64,000 nt of DNA, taken from Methanocaldococcus sp. 28A. GTDB lineage: Archaea > AGJL01 > Methanococci > Methanococcales > Methanocaldococcaceae. Within the stretch, counting starts at the first letter, position 1. Each line of letters opens with the position of its first letter. The position numbers and the translations under genes are program-made. The stretch lies in assembly GCA_049852185.1 (NCBI GenBank), contig CP187540.1; one strand, given 5' to 3'. Below are positions 23,712 through 33,008 of this stretch, in pieces. The notes beneath the pieces are model-generated. The model was not told the DNA's origin. It ran no database searches and saw nothing but the letters and a program-made list of their open reading frames with translations.

Positions 23712-23728
23712 TGTGTGCTATGCTCACA
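23712..23728. promoter_or_regulatory. Candidate operator upstream of the fwd operon
   Basis: Imperfect palindrome TGTGTGC-TAT-GCTCACA in an AT-rich divergent promoter region. Confidence 0.4.
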
Positions 23729-23876
23729 TTGTTAATTAATAGTTCACCATAGATGAATATAACTTCTATTTTTGGTAGAAAAACTTTATATTAGTAAAGT
23801 TGATAATATAAAAAATACTAACCGCAAAAAATAAATATTATATGGATTTAAATTAGAAAGTTTTATGGTGATGATT

Positions 23877-24821
23877 ATGAGAGAAATTTTAATATCTGAA
23901 TGTATAGAATTATTAAGAGCTCACAAATTTACAGTTTCAAAACCCTTAGGTAGAAGTTGCTTTGATATGGTTGCAAGTAGGGAGGATGTTAGATTAATTT
24001 TAAAGATTTTAAAAAATATTGATAGTTTGAGTAGAGAGCAGTCAAGAGAGTTGAAAAAGATTAGTAAAATACTACATGGTACTCCCCTAATAATTGGAAT
24101 TAGAACAAGAAATGCCCCTATGGAGCCTGGGGTTGTTTATGATAGATACAATATAAAAGCAGTAACCTTTGAAACGTTTAGGGATTATTTAGAAGGAAGT
24201 CCTCCAGTAGTTTATGCAAATAGGGGGGGATTCTTTGTAAAGATAGATGGAAAGGTTTTAAAAGAAGTTAGAGAAGCTCTGGGAATATCTGTTGGAAAAT
24301 TGGCTGAAATAGCTGGAGTTTCAAGAAAGGCAATATATAAATATGAAACTCAAATGGCTAATCCTTCCGTAGATGTAGCTATAAAGATTGAGGAATACTT
24401 AGATGTGCCTTTGGTTAAAGGTATTGATTTATTTGAACCTGTTAATGATGAAGATATTGACAATAAATTAGAGAATTTAGAAGATTTTAAGAAAGAAGCT
24501 ATAAATTTTCTAAACGAGTTAGGATTTAAATCATTTGTTGTTGAAAAAGCTCCATTTGATGCTGTAGCTGAAAAAGATATGAATAACAATCTAAATATCC
24601 TATTAACAAATATTGAAGAAAAGAGTAATGAAGAAGTAAAAAGAAAAGCTTTATTTGTTAGAGAATTATCAAGGTTGTTAGATGGATATTCATTATTAAT
24701 ATTAGAAGAGAAAGAGAAAGAATATAAAAACCTACCGGTTGTTAGTATTGAAGAGCTAAAAAAGATGGATGATGCTCTTGAGTTAATTGAACACATAAAA
24801 TCAATGTTAAAAAATATATAA
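23877..24821 (+). CDS. Archaeal Cro/C1-type HTH transcriptional regulator
   Basis: SCFDMVA, KILKNIDSLS, GVVYDRY and LAEIAGVSRKAIYKYE motifs. Confidence 0.88.
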   Translation: MREILISECIELLRAHKFTVSKPLGRSCFDMVASREDVRLILKILKNIDSLSREQSRELKKISKILHGTPLIIGIRTRNAPMEPGVVYDRYNIKAVTFETFRDYLEGSPPVVYANRGGFFVKIDGKVLKEVREALGISVGKLAEIAGVSRKAIYKYETQMANPSVDVAIKIEEYLDVPLVKGIDLFEPVNDEDIDNKLENLEDFKKEAINFLNELGFKSFVVEKAPFDAVAEKDMNNNLNILLTNIEEKSNEEVKRKALFVRELSRLLDGYSLLILEEKEKEYKNLPVVSIEELKKMDDALELIEHIKSMLKNI

Positions 24822-24839
24822 ATAATAAAAGCTTTTTTA

Positions 24840-24953
24840 TATAGTTGTGTGCAAAATAAAATAAACTTTTATAAGGACAATTTGAATGCCTTCTTTAAGG
24901 AAGGCATTCACTAATTCCTTATTTTATTTAAGATAGTTTTGCACACAACTATA
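24840..24953. mobile_element. 114-bp MITE-like palindromic element (full-length copy)
   Basis: Perfect 17-bp inverted ends tatagttgtgtgcaaaa / ttttgcacacaactata; internal hairpin tgaatgccttc...gaaggcattca (24883-24910); related copies at 39491, 43271, 44296, 57453. Confidence 0.9.
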
Positions 24954-25602
24954 AATCTATTGGCTCACCAATCTTTGGAACTACTACCTCAACACCCAAA
25001 GCCTCTGCTTTTTTTACAAACTCATATACATCAACTTCAATCAATGGAAATGTGTTATAGTGCATTGGAATAACTATTTCTGGATATATTAGCTCAATAG
25101 CCACTAACGCCTCATCAATTCCCATTGTGTATCTTCCACCAATTGGTAATAAAGCTATCTGTGGAGCATATATTTCTCCAATCAACTCCATATCTCCAAA
25201 TAAACCAGTATCTCCTGCATGATAAACTCTATCATTTATAATAAATCCCGCAGCCACACCTCCGCTTATAGTTGGAGATATGTCTGATGAATGCTCAGCT
25301 TTAACCATTGTTAATTTTGCTCCATTTATCTCTATAGTCCCTCCAATATTCATTCCTTCTGCATTAACTCCTCTCTCTGATAAATAAACACTAATCTCAT
25401 GATTTGTAACCACTGGAACATTGTAGGTTTTAGATAACCCTTCAGCATTACCTAAATGGTCTGCATGTCCATGAGTTACTGCTATTACATCAACACCTTC
25501 CATTATCTCATCAAAAGGCAAATTACACAAAGGATTAGGAACAAATGGATCAATCAATACATTATCTACTTTAAAGCATGCATGACCATACCATGTTATC
25601 AT
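24949..25602 (-). CDS. Metal-dependent hydrolase (UPF0173, MBL fold)
   Basis: WYGHACF, THGHADH, YHAGDTG and PMHYNTF motifs. Confidence 0.92.
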   Translation of the reverse strand: MITWYGHACFKVDNVLIDPFVPNPLCNLPFDEIMEGVDVIAVTHGHADHLGNAEGLSKTYNVPVVTNHEISVYLSERGVNAEGMNIGGTIEINGAKLTMVKAEHSSDISPTISGGVAAGFIINDRVYHAGDTGLFGDMELIGEIYAPQIALLPIGGRYTMGIDEALVAIELIYPEIVIPMHYNTFPLIEVDVYEFVKKAEALGVEVVVPKIGEPIDL

Positions 25603-25683
25603 CCTATCACCTCCACATAATAATTTTAATGTTAAGCTATTAAAATTTTATTGTGTCTTATATAATATAAATTGGTGAAAATT

Positions 25684-26328
25684 ATGAAAATTGTAGGGAT
25701 TACAGATTTGCATGGAAAACTTCCAGCAGTAGTTAAAAAGTTTAAGGATTTTGCAGATATTTTAGTTGTTTGTGGGGATATAACACACTTTGGTAAAGGA
25801 ATTGAAGTTATAGAAAAGTTGGCTGAATTATCAGATTATATGGAAGTTCTTTGCGTTCCAGGAAATTGTGATACTAAAGAGGTTGTAGATGAGTTAAATA
25901 GCTTTAATTTAAACATAGATGGAAAAGTGAAAAAAATAGACAATATAAATTTTGTTGGAATAGGGGGGAGTAATAAAACCCCTTTTAACACTCCTAATGA
26001 ATATACAGAAGAAGAGATATATAATAAGCTTATAAATGTGGTTAAAAATTTAAAAAATATATTTTTAGTTAGCCATGCTCCTCCATATAATACAATGGCG
26101 GATATTGTTGATTTAGACAATGATATTCATGTTGGATGCAAATCTATAAGAAAGATAATTGAAGATTTTAATGAAAATATAATATTCTGTGCCTGTGGGC
26201 ATATACATGAAAGTAGATGTATAGACAAAATTAGAAAAACAATAGTTGTAAATCCTTCTCCAAAGAGTTATTTTGTTTATGATACAAAAAAGAATGTTGT
26301 AGTTTTAGAGGATTTTAAGGGGATTTAA
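25684..26328 (+). CDS. Calcineurin-like metallophosphoesterase
   Basis: DLHG, GD, PGNCD, SHAPP and GHIHE motifs. Confidence 0.92.
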   Translation: MKIVGITDLHGKLPAVVKKFKDFADILVVCGDITHFGKGIEVIEKLAELSDYMEVLCVPGNCDTKEVVDELNSFNLNIDGKVKKIDNINFVGIGGSNKTPFNTPNEYTEEEIYNKLINVVKNLKNIFLVSHAPPYNTMADIVDLDNDIHVGCKSIRKIIEDFNENIIFCACGHIHESRCIDKIRKTIVVNPSPKSYFVYDTKKNVVVLEDFKGI

Positions 26329-26337
26329 TTAATTAAG

Positions 26338-26763
26338 TTAAATTTTTGGTTTTTTAGATAGAATATATGTAAAGAAAGCTATTATTAGTAAATAAACATT
26401 TAATGGAATTGGGGCTTTTGTAGTATTTTTGTTAAAATTGTATTCTATTGGATATATATAAACTCCAATATTGTTAATAGTAACTATATTAGTATTCCTA
26501 GGACTTTGATGAAATATCCAATTATATCCTGAAGTACTCACTGAATTCCCACTATAATTTGGGTCAATTGTTATGTTGATGGTATATTTTCCAATATAAA
26601 TTATCTTTTGGAAATATTCATTATTTGGAATTATTTTCTGATAAATAATTTCCCCACTACTCACATTTTTTATAGTTATATTTATAGCATTAATTTCTGC
26701 AAAACAATTCTGTAAAAACAATAAAGACGTTAAAATTAATAAAATAATTTTAATATCTTTCAT
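26338..26763 (-). CDS. Small secreted surface protein with PIP-CTERM-like sorting signal
   Basis: Signal peptide; several N-x-S/T sequons; C-terminus TTKAPIP + hydrophobic helix + KKPK. Confidence 0.7.
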   Translation of the reverse strand: MKDIKIILLILTSLLFLQNCFAEINAINITIKNVSSGEIIYQKIIPNNEYFQKIIYIGKYTINITIDPNYSGNSVSTSGYNWIFHQSPRNTNIVTINNIGVYIYPIEYNFNKNTTKAPIPLNVYLLIIAFFTYILSKKPKI

Positions 26764-26872
26764 ATTCTTACCTCCTAAAAATTATTTAATAGATAGATAT
26801 GTTATATAAAAAAAATTTATGTTTAATTCATAGTTATGACAGTGTGATTACAATAGTCTTTTCTTTATTTAC

Positions 26873-26959
26873 ACTACTACACTTTTTAATTACTTCATAA
26901 AATGATATGTTGTATTTATTGCTTAAATATTTATATTTTACTACTACACTTTTTAATTA
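26873..26959. repeat. Two exact 20-bp direct repeats (actactacactttttaatta)
   Basis: Copies at 26873-26892 and 26940-26959 in a divergent intergenic region. Confidence 0.8.
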
Positions 26960-27072
26960 ATTGTGAATAATCGCTACAAATTTAATAAAACCGATATTAC
27001 ATTTGAGGTTAGATAATTACTTTCACATTGAATCAACTATCGCAACGATTTATGGTAAAATTAGGTGAAAAT

Positions 27073-27504
27073 ATGGAAAAGAAGAAAGAACTTTTAAAGA
27101 AAATCAGAGAATTTATGATTTTGAATTTAGAGATTAAAAAACTATCAAAAGAATTAGGAATTAATGAAATATATGATATTTATGAAGAGGTTACAAAACT
27201 TGTTAGAGAACCAAATAAAAGATTATATAAAATGCTTTATGATGTAGCAATGGAAATAGAATATGAAGAATTTGGTGGAAAGAAAAGGAAAGAAATTCCA
27301 TGGTTTCCAAAGATTGATTATGAAAAATGCAAAAATTGTAAGAAATGTGTAGAATTTTGTCCTAAAGGTGTTTATGATATAGAAAACGGTAGAGTTATTG
27401 TTAAATACCCATATAATTGCATAATTAACTGCAACGCTTGCTCATATATGTGCTGTGAGAACAACGCCATAATTTTTCCAGAGAATAAAATAGAAAAATT
27501 ATAA
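27073..27504 (+). CDS. 2[4Fe-4S] ferredoxin-domain protein with helical N-terminus
   Basis: IPWFPKIDYEKC..C..C..FCP.GVY and CIINCNACSYMC motifs; GGTGA RBS before MEKKK. Confidence 0.82.
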   Translation: MEKKKELLKKIREFMILNLEIKKLSKELGINEIYDIYEEVTKLVREPNKRLYKMLYDVAMEIEYEEFGGKKRKEIPWFPKIDYEKCKNCKKCVEFCPKGVYDIENGRVIVKYPYNCIINCNACSYMCCENNAIIFPENKIEKL

Positions 27505-27514
27505 GTGATAGATT

Positions 27515-28195
27515 ATGAAAATTGGTTATTTGAGTATTAGTGATAAAACAACAGTTATGTGTTACGGATGTAATTTTAAATGCAAAAATTGTTTTGTTAA
27601 GATGGAGAGTTTCAAAGATATACCCCCAAAAAAATTATGCAAAATAATTGATGATTTATGCACTAAAAAGAAAATAAATAATATCTTAATAGCCGGTGGT
27701 GAGCCTACTCTCCAGAAAGATTTGCCTGAATTTACAAGATTGTTAAAGAGTAAAAATAGAGAAGTGATTTTAACAACAAACGGTTATTATTTAAAAAATA
27801 TTGTTGATGATTTATTTGTTGATGAAATACATGTTGATTTAAAAGCTTATGATGATGAAAAACATAAATATCTAACTGGAAAATCAAATAAAAATGTCCT
27901 AAAATGTATAGAATATTTAGCAAAGAAAAAATTTAATTTTGAGGTAGATACTGTTCTAATTCCAAATATTGTTGATATAGATGAGATTGAGAAGATTGCA
28001 AAATTTTTAAGTAAATGGGACGCTAAATATAGAATTATTGGATATACTCCATTTAACAATAATTTAAATGCACGAAAACCTACAAAGGAAGAACTTTTAA
28101 AGGCAAAAGAAATTGCAAAAAAATATTTAAGTAATGTAACTACCTCATTAGATTTTAGAAGGCATAAAAAAGTTAAAGAGATTATAAAATTTTGA
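27515..28195 (+). CDS. Radical SAM protein (glycyl-radical-activase-like)
   Basis: GCNFKCKNC (CxxxCxxC), GGEPTLQ, TNG and VDLKA motifs. Confidence 0.88.
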   Translation: MKIGYLSISDKTTVMCYGCNFKCKNCFVKMESFKDIPPKKLCKIIDDLCTKKKINNILIAGGEPTLQKDLPEFTRLLKSKNREVILTTNGYYLKNIVDDLFVDEIHVDLKAYDDEKHKYLTGKSNKNVLKCIEYLAKKKFNFEVDTVLIPNIVDIDEIEKIAKFLSKWDAKYRIIGYTPFNNNLNARKPTKEELLKAKEIAKKYLSNVTTSLDFRRHKKVKEIIKF

Positions 28196-28207
28196 TGAAT
28201 AAAGTTT

Positions 28208-29353
28208 TTAATTTTTAGATAAATTTTGATAGTATTTTAATAGTTGAGCCTCTAAATCTTTAATGCTTCCATTGAATTTGATAACTTTTTTTCCATTCTC
28301 TAAAAGTTTTAAGTTTAGTCTATTCATCTCACCAACTGGAAAGTTTGTATCTATAACTACATCACACATTTTTAAGTATTTTAGTGCCTTATTAAAACTA
28401 TCTTCTGAAATTGGTTGATAAGCTTTCTCTTCAATAATCTCAACTTCCATAGTTTTAGCTATTACATAATCAATATCATTCTCATGTAAGACCCCACAAT
28501 AAACCTTATATCCATTTTTAACCAAATATCTCAAAACATTGGCCCCACTTCCTCCTCCACAAACAACAAAAACTTTTTTATCACTTGTATTTTCATTTTT
28601 TAATTCAAAATAACCAATTTCTTTACTAAAATTTGCATTTTTTAAATCATAGAGGTTATTTACTGTTTCTTTGTCCATAACATCTTCTGGATGTCCATAA
28701 GCTATTATCCTACCATTTTTGATTAGTGCTATTTTGTCGGCAATCCTTAAGGCGAGTTCTATATCATGAATAGTCACAATTATAGCGAGATTTTTTTCTG
28801 TTGCCAATTTTCTCAACAACAAAGTAAGCTCTATCTTGTGCCTTGCATCTAAAAAGGATGTGGGTTCATCTAAAATTAAAACCTTTGGTTCTTGTGCTAA
28901 TGCCCTTGCTATCATTATCTTCTGTCTTTCTCCATCACTCATTTCAAGGAAGTTTTTTTCTAATAAGTGAAGAGCATTAACAGCTTTCGCAGAATTTATA
29001 ATAATTTCCTTATCCTTCTCAGATAATCTTCCAAATAAATCTGTATAGGGATGCCTTCCTATTGCAATTATATCAAATCCTGTTAAATTTCCTGGATTTA
29101 CTCTTTCTGTTAAAACTACAGCCATTTTTTTAGCAAGTTGAGAAGGTTTTAGTTTATGTATTATATTTGAATCTAAATAAACTACTCCTTTTATAGGTTC
29201 TAAGTATGTCGCTATACACTTCAATAGTGTTGATTTTCCAACACCATTTGGTCCTATTATTGCCAAAATTTCTCCTTCTTTAACTTCTAAATTTACATTA
29301 TCGACGACAACCCTCTTATGATAACCAACGGCAAGGTTCTCAGTTTTTAACAT
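28208..29353 (-). CDS. ABC ATPase, iron-complex/cobalamin (FecE/BtuD) type, with C-terminal extension
   Basis: GPNGVGKST, GRHPY, MSDGERQK, LDEPTSFLD; extra domain starting VFVVCGGGSG. Confidence 0.92.
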   Translation of the reverse strand: MLKTENLAVGYHKRVVVDNVNLEVKEGEILAIIGPNGVGKSTLLKCIATYLEPIKGVVYLDSNIIHKLKPSQLAKKMAVVLTERVNPGNLTGFDIIAIGRHPYTDLFGRLSEKDKEIIINSAKAVNALHLLEKNFLEMSDGERQKIMIARALAQEPKVLILDEPTSFLDARHKIELTLLLRKLATEKNLAIIVTIHDIELALRIADKIALIKNGRIIAYGHPEDVMDKETVNNLYDLKNANFSKEIGYFELKNENTSDKKVFVVCGGGSGANVLRYLVKNGYKVYCGVLHENDIDYVIAKTMEVEIIEEKAYQPISEDSFNKALKYLKMCDVVIDTNFPVGEMNRLNLKLLENGKKVIKFNGSIKDLEAQLLKYYQNLSKN

Positions 29354-29387
29354 TTAATCACCTTAAGAATATTAAAAATTAAAACCA

Positions 29388-31421
29388 TTAAAATCTTCTA
29401 TTATATATTTTAATTAAAAATAGCCCTATTAAAAATCCAATTAAAGTAATTCCCGTATTAAAGCTATTGTTTGTATCTTCCTCGATTTCTACTCTTTTTG
29501 TGATTGTGTAATTTTTTACAATTTTATTAATCTTTATAATAACTTTTGATTGATTAATTGTTAAATTGTAGTAATAATCTTTGAATTTCATCTCTTTTGG
29601 CTTTATGATTTCAACAGACTCTTTAAAATTCCATATATAATCTTTTAATCTTTTATAAGGCATATAATATATAACATAACCTTTTATTTCTGTGCTTTGT
29701 GAAATATTTATTGGAATTGAAAATATTTTTGTTTCATTTGGCGGTAATTCAAATGAAATACTTGTTTTATTTGGTTTGTAGTTATCATAATCTACAAAGT
29801 AAATATATCCTCTAATCTTCTTATTGAATGGATTTTTAACTGTAATATTGCAATATATTGTTACATTTGTCTCATTAGTTCCATTAAGATATATTGTTTT
29901 ATTACTAAGAGAAACATTGATAAGATTTAACTTTTTTATTTCTATTACACATTCATCAGATGTTGTATGACCAAAAGTATCATTAACTTTTAATTTTACA
30001 AGATAAACACCTTCTTTTTTATATTTATGAACAGGGTCTGGAGTTGTTGATGTTGAATTATCACCAAAATTCCAATAGTAGTAAAGTTCAGTACTACCCT
30101 GACATAAAGAATAGAAATGTACTTCGTAATTATCAACAATCTCAAAAGCAAAGTATGCTTTTGGTAATGATATATTTTCCTCTGATATCGGAATTATATG
30201 AACAATCATTGTGTCTTTCAATGGAACTTCTACAATTTTTCCATTTTCATCAAACAGGTAAATATAAGAAATTTTTATCTCTGTCGTTAGATTTTCATTC
30301 TTTAGTGGTTCTATCCAGAAAGACAAAATATTAAAGTTACCACTTTTTGTTCCATTTATTCTAATATCAAAATCTAATGTTCCATTTTCAACAGACCAAT
30401 TTTTTTCAATAGTATTTAAACTTGTAGATATATCACTAATTTTTAGTATAGAAGAATTATATGTTATTTTTCCTTTAATTTCAGATATATTTGCATCAAT
30501 ATTTTTTGCTTCAATGTAACAAAGTTTAATATCTCCATAGGTAATATTTTCTTCAGTAGTATAAAAACCAACATACTTTTCTGTAGTAATGGTCTCATTC
30601 CCTATGGTAAAATTTGCGGGTTTTACAATAGTTTCATTACCATTTATTTTTATAGATGCATTAATTATATAATTTCCAGTTTTATTGGTAAAAAATGTTA
30701 ATTTCATCAAATCAAAATCTTCTTTTGAGGTATTTAAATTTATAAAAAAAGATAAACTGTTATCATTATAATTCAAATTTACATTTGAAATGTTATCTTC
30801 TAAATAATAAAAGTTTAAATTTACTAAAGTTAAATTAGGGTAATATATTGTTCCTGTTATATTGGTTATATTTCCTTTTGCATTTTTTATTGAAACAATT
30901 GTATCAAAATTCTCATTTAACTTTGGATTTATAGGGGTTATTTCTACAATTGTTAAATTTAATCCAATAATAGTTATATTTACAGAATTATAGGTTACAT
31001 TTTTTAATACATCCCCATTTTCATCAGAAAGTACAGGCTTTTGAAAAATTGTATATGTCCCATTATTTAATGTCCTAAATTTCAAAGTAGCGATTGTAAT
31101 GTTCCCAGATGGATAATTACTAAACCATGCTAATTGTATATTTATTATGCCATTCTCAACAGAAATTTTCTTTAAATTTGCATTATTACTTATATCACTT
31201 AAAATTATATCATCTGGAGTTATATTTAGAGAGGTTGGGTAATATATAGTATCTTGAAATCCACCCAATTTTTCAGATGTATTAACGGTTAGGGTTAATG
31301 TAAAGGAGTCATATTCCTTGATAGTAATATTCTCTGGAATTAGTTTAACCTCATCACCGAAACTTGTATGAAAATATAATATAAATGGAATTAAAACTAA
31401 TATTAAAAATTTCTGTCTCAT
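29388..31421 (-). CDS. Membrane-anchored surface protein: about 3 cohesin-like modules + PKD + Ig-like domain + C-terminal TM
   Basis: Signal peptide; LGGFQDTIYYP...IATLKF...LSDENG cohesin pattern; EIKGKITYNSSILKI; PKD motif YYWNFGD...PVHKY...GVYLVKLKV; TM helix + RRF. Confidence 0.8.
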   Translation of the reverse strand: MRQKFLILVLIPFILYFHTSFGDEVKLIPENITIKEYDSFTLTLTVNTSEKLGGFQDTIYYPTSLNITPDDIILSDISNNANLKKISVENGIINIQLAWFSNYPSGNITIATLKFRTLNNGTYTIFQKPVLSDENGDVLKNVTYNSVNITIIGLNLTIVEITPINPKLNENFDTIVSIKNAKGNITNITGTIYYPNLTLVNLNFYYLEDNISNVNLNYNDNSLSFFINLNTSKEDFDLMKLTFFTNKTGNYIINASIKINGNETIVKPANFTIGNETITTEKYVGFYTTEENITYGDIKLCYIEAKNIDANISEIKGKITYNSSILKISDISTSLNTIEKNWSVENGTLDFDIRINGTKSGNFNILSFWIEPLKNENLTTEIKISYIYLFDENGKIVEVPLKDTMIVHIIPISEENISLPKAYFAFEIVDNYEVHFYSLCQGSTELYYYWNFGDNSTSTTPDPVHKYKKEGVYLVKLKVNDTFGHTTSDECVIEIKKLNLINVSLSNKTIYLNGTNETNVTIYCNITVKNPFNKKIRGYIYFVDYDNYKPNKTSISFELPPNETKIFSIPINISQSTEIKGYVIYYMPYKRLKDYIWNFKESVEIIKPKEMKFKDYYYNLTINQSKVIIKINKIVKNYTITKRVEIEEDTNNSFNTGITLIGFLIGLFLIKIYNRRF

Positions 31422-31438
31422 TGTTATCCCCCATATTA

Positions 31439-32272
31439 TTATTTAAATCTTGTTAATATAAATCCAAAAATAACTCCTACTATCACTCCAAATACTAAAT
31501 AAAGAATATCCGTTTCTATATTATTAGAATTGACCTTTTTTTCAACAATTATCTTAACAACAGGCTGATATTCAGTTACATTAATCTCTTTAACAATAAC
31601 TTCTGGCCCATTAACATTTGGGGTTATATATATTCTGTTTACTATGGTAGAAGGTGAGGTAGTTCCCAAAGATACATCTTCTTCTTTTAAATTTTGGATA
31701 GATATGTTTGTTAAACTTCCTATTCCTTTAATAATAACCTTTGCTCCAAAAAATTCAGTACTAGGATACTTTTTCCATTGAAGAGTTTGATACTCTTCAT
31801 ATGAATTTATGCCATTGTATGCATATCCTAATGCTGAACTAATAGACCCTGAAATATTTAATTGAGTTTCTCCTTCCTTAATTGGAACAAACATTATTTC
31901 TCCAATACTAAAATCTTCTTCAATAGGGTTTTTAAAAACGATTTTTAGTGAGAACGTCCCATTTTTGAAATCATAAGATTTTAGCATACCCTCTTTATTA
32001 CATAAACTACTCCAATTGAACCCATATGGTTTTAGATAGTCAGGAGAATAGTTTATATTTATTTGAACACCTCTACATCCTCCATCTTCTTCCCCATCAC
32101 TATATTTAATATCACCAACTTTGGGTATATTTTCAACAGTAATATTAAACTTAATTATACTACCATTTGTAATGACTTCATTAGGAACTAATTTAACATA
32201 AATATTGTCTCCATAGGAGATATTTAAAAGAAAAATAAAAGCTAAAAGAGAAAACACCAAATATTTACTCAT
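31439..32272 (-). CDS. Membrane-anchored single-cohesin-like protein
   Basis: Signal peptide; FNITVENIP...GCRGVQININYSPDYL...IGEIMFVPIKEG; C-terminal TM + RFK. Confidence 0.72.
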   Translation of the reverse strand: MSKYLVFSLLAFIFLLNISYGDNIYVKLVPNEVITNGSIIKFNITVENIPKVGDIKYSDGEEDGGCRGVQININYSPDYLKPYGFNWSSLCNKEGMLKSYDFKNGTFSLKIVFKNPIEEDFSIGEIMFVPIKEGETQLNISGSISSALGYAYNGINSYEEYQTLQWKKYPSTEFFGAKVIIKGIGSLTNISIQNLKEEDVSLGTTSPSTIVNRIYITPNVNGPEVIVKEINVTEYQPVVKIIVEKKVNSNNIETDILYLVFGVIVGVIFGFILTRFK

Positions 32273-32278
32273 TATTAA

Positions 32279-32842
32279 TCACCTTTTTTTAACTATGTAT
32301 GCTATGGCTCCGATTAATACAATTATAATTATTAAAATAGCTAATAAAGTGGAATTAAACGAAAATGTATTGTTTTTTTCAAGATTTTGAGAAGTATTTG
32401 ATATATTTAACACATTTACTTCTAAAGTTTTGAGAGGAATTTTTATAGCATATCCCTCACTGTTCGACCCAACTGCCTTTACATCTATCCAAGCCTTTCC
32501 GGGCTTTATAGCTTTTATTATTACATCTCCTACTATAAAATCTCCATTTTTTGGATTATTTAAAAAAGCATACTCAATAAATGCACTATTGTTATTATTT
32601 TTTGTTAAGTTTAGATCTGCTCCTATATTATAGTTTATAACTTTTTCTATAACCAAATTATCTGAAACATAAATATTACACTGCAAACCACCACAATTTG
32701 AAACATTCTTTGCATAAATTTCTACAGTAAATATCTCCCCTTTTTTTACTTCAGAAGGAGCTTTTACTAAGATATCTAATGCCATACAGGAGGGTAGTAT
32801 AAAAAAAATCAATAGTGCTATATATTTTCTCATCTTATTCAT
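32279..32842 (-). CDS. Membrane-anchored single-cohesin protein
   Basis: Signal peptide; GEIFTVEIYAKNVSNCGGLQCNI...IKAIKPG...SNSEG; C-terminal TM + KKR. Confidence 0.78.
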   Translation of the reverse strand: MNKMRKYIALLIFFILPSCMALDILVKAPSEVKKGEIFTVEIYAKNVSNCGGLQCNIYVSDNLVIEKVINYNIGADLNLTKNNNNSAFIEYAFLNNPKNGDFIVGDVIIKAIKPGKAWIDVKAVGSNSEGYAIKIPLKTLEVNVLNISNTSQNLEKNNTFSFNSTLLAILIIIIVLIGAIAYIVKKR

Positions 32843-33008
32843 GATATCACCGAACTATAGTTTATTTTACTTATATTAAAAAATACCGTAAAATATATAT
32901 AACTCTATATAGTAAACGACATTATGTTAACTTAAGATTTTTTTATACAATTTCACAATATCTTTAACATTACTAATAACAATACTAATATAAATATTAA
33001 ATGGTGGT

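Noticed and set aside
26873-26959. Mini CRISPR array (67-bp period)
   Set aside because: Only two 20-bp units, no resemblance to the CRISPR repeat in this window, and no leader.
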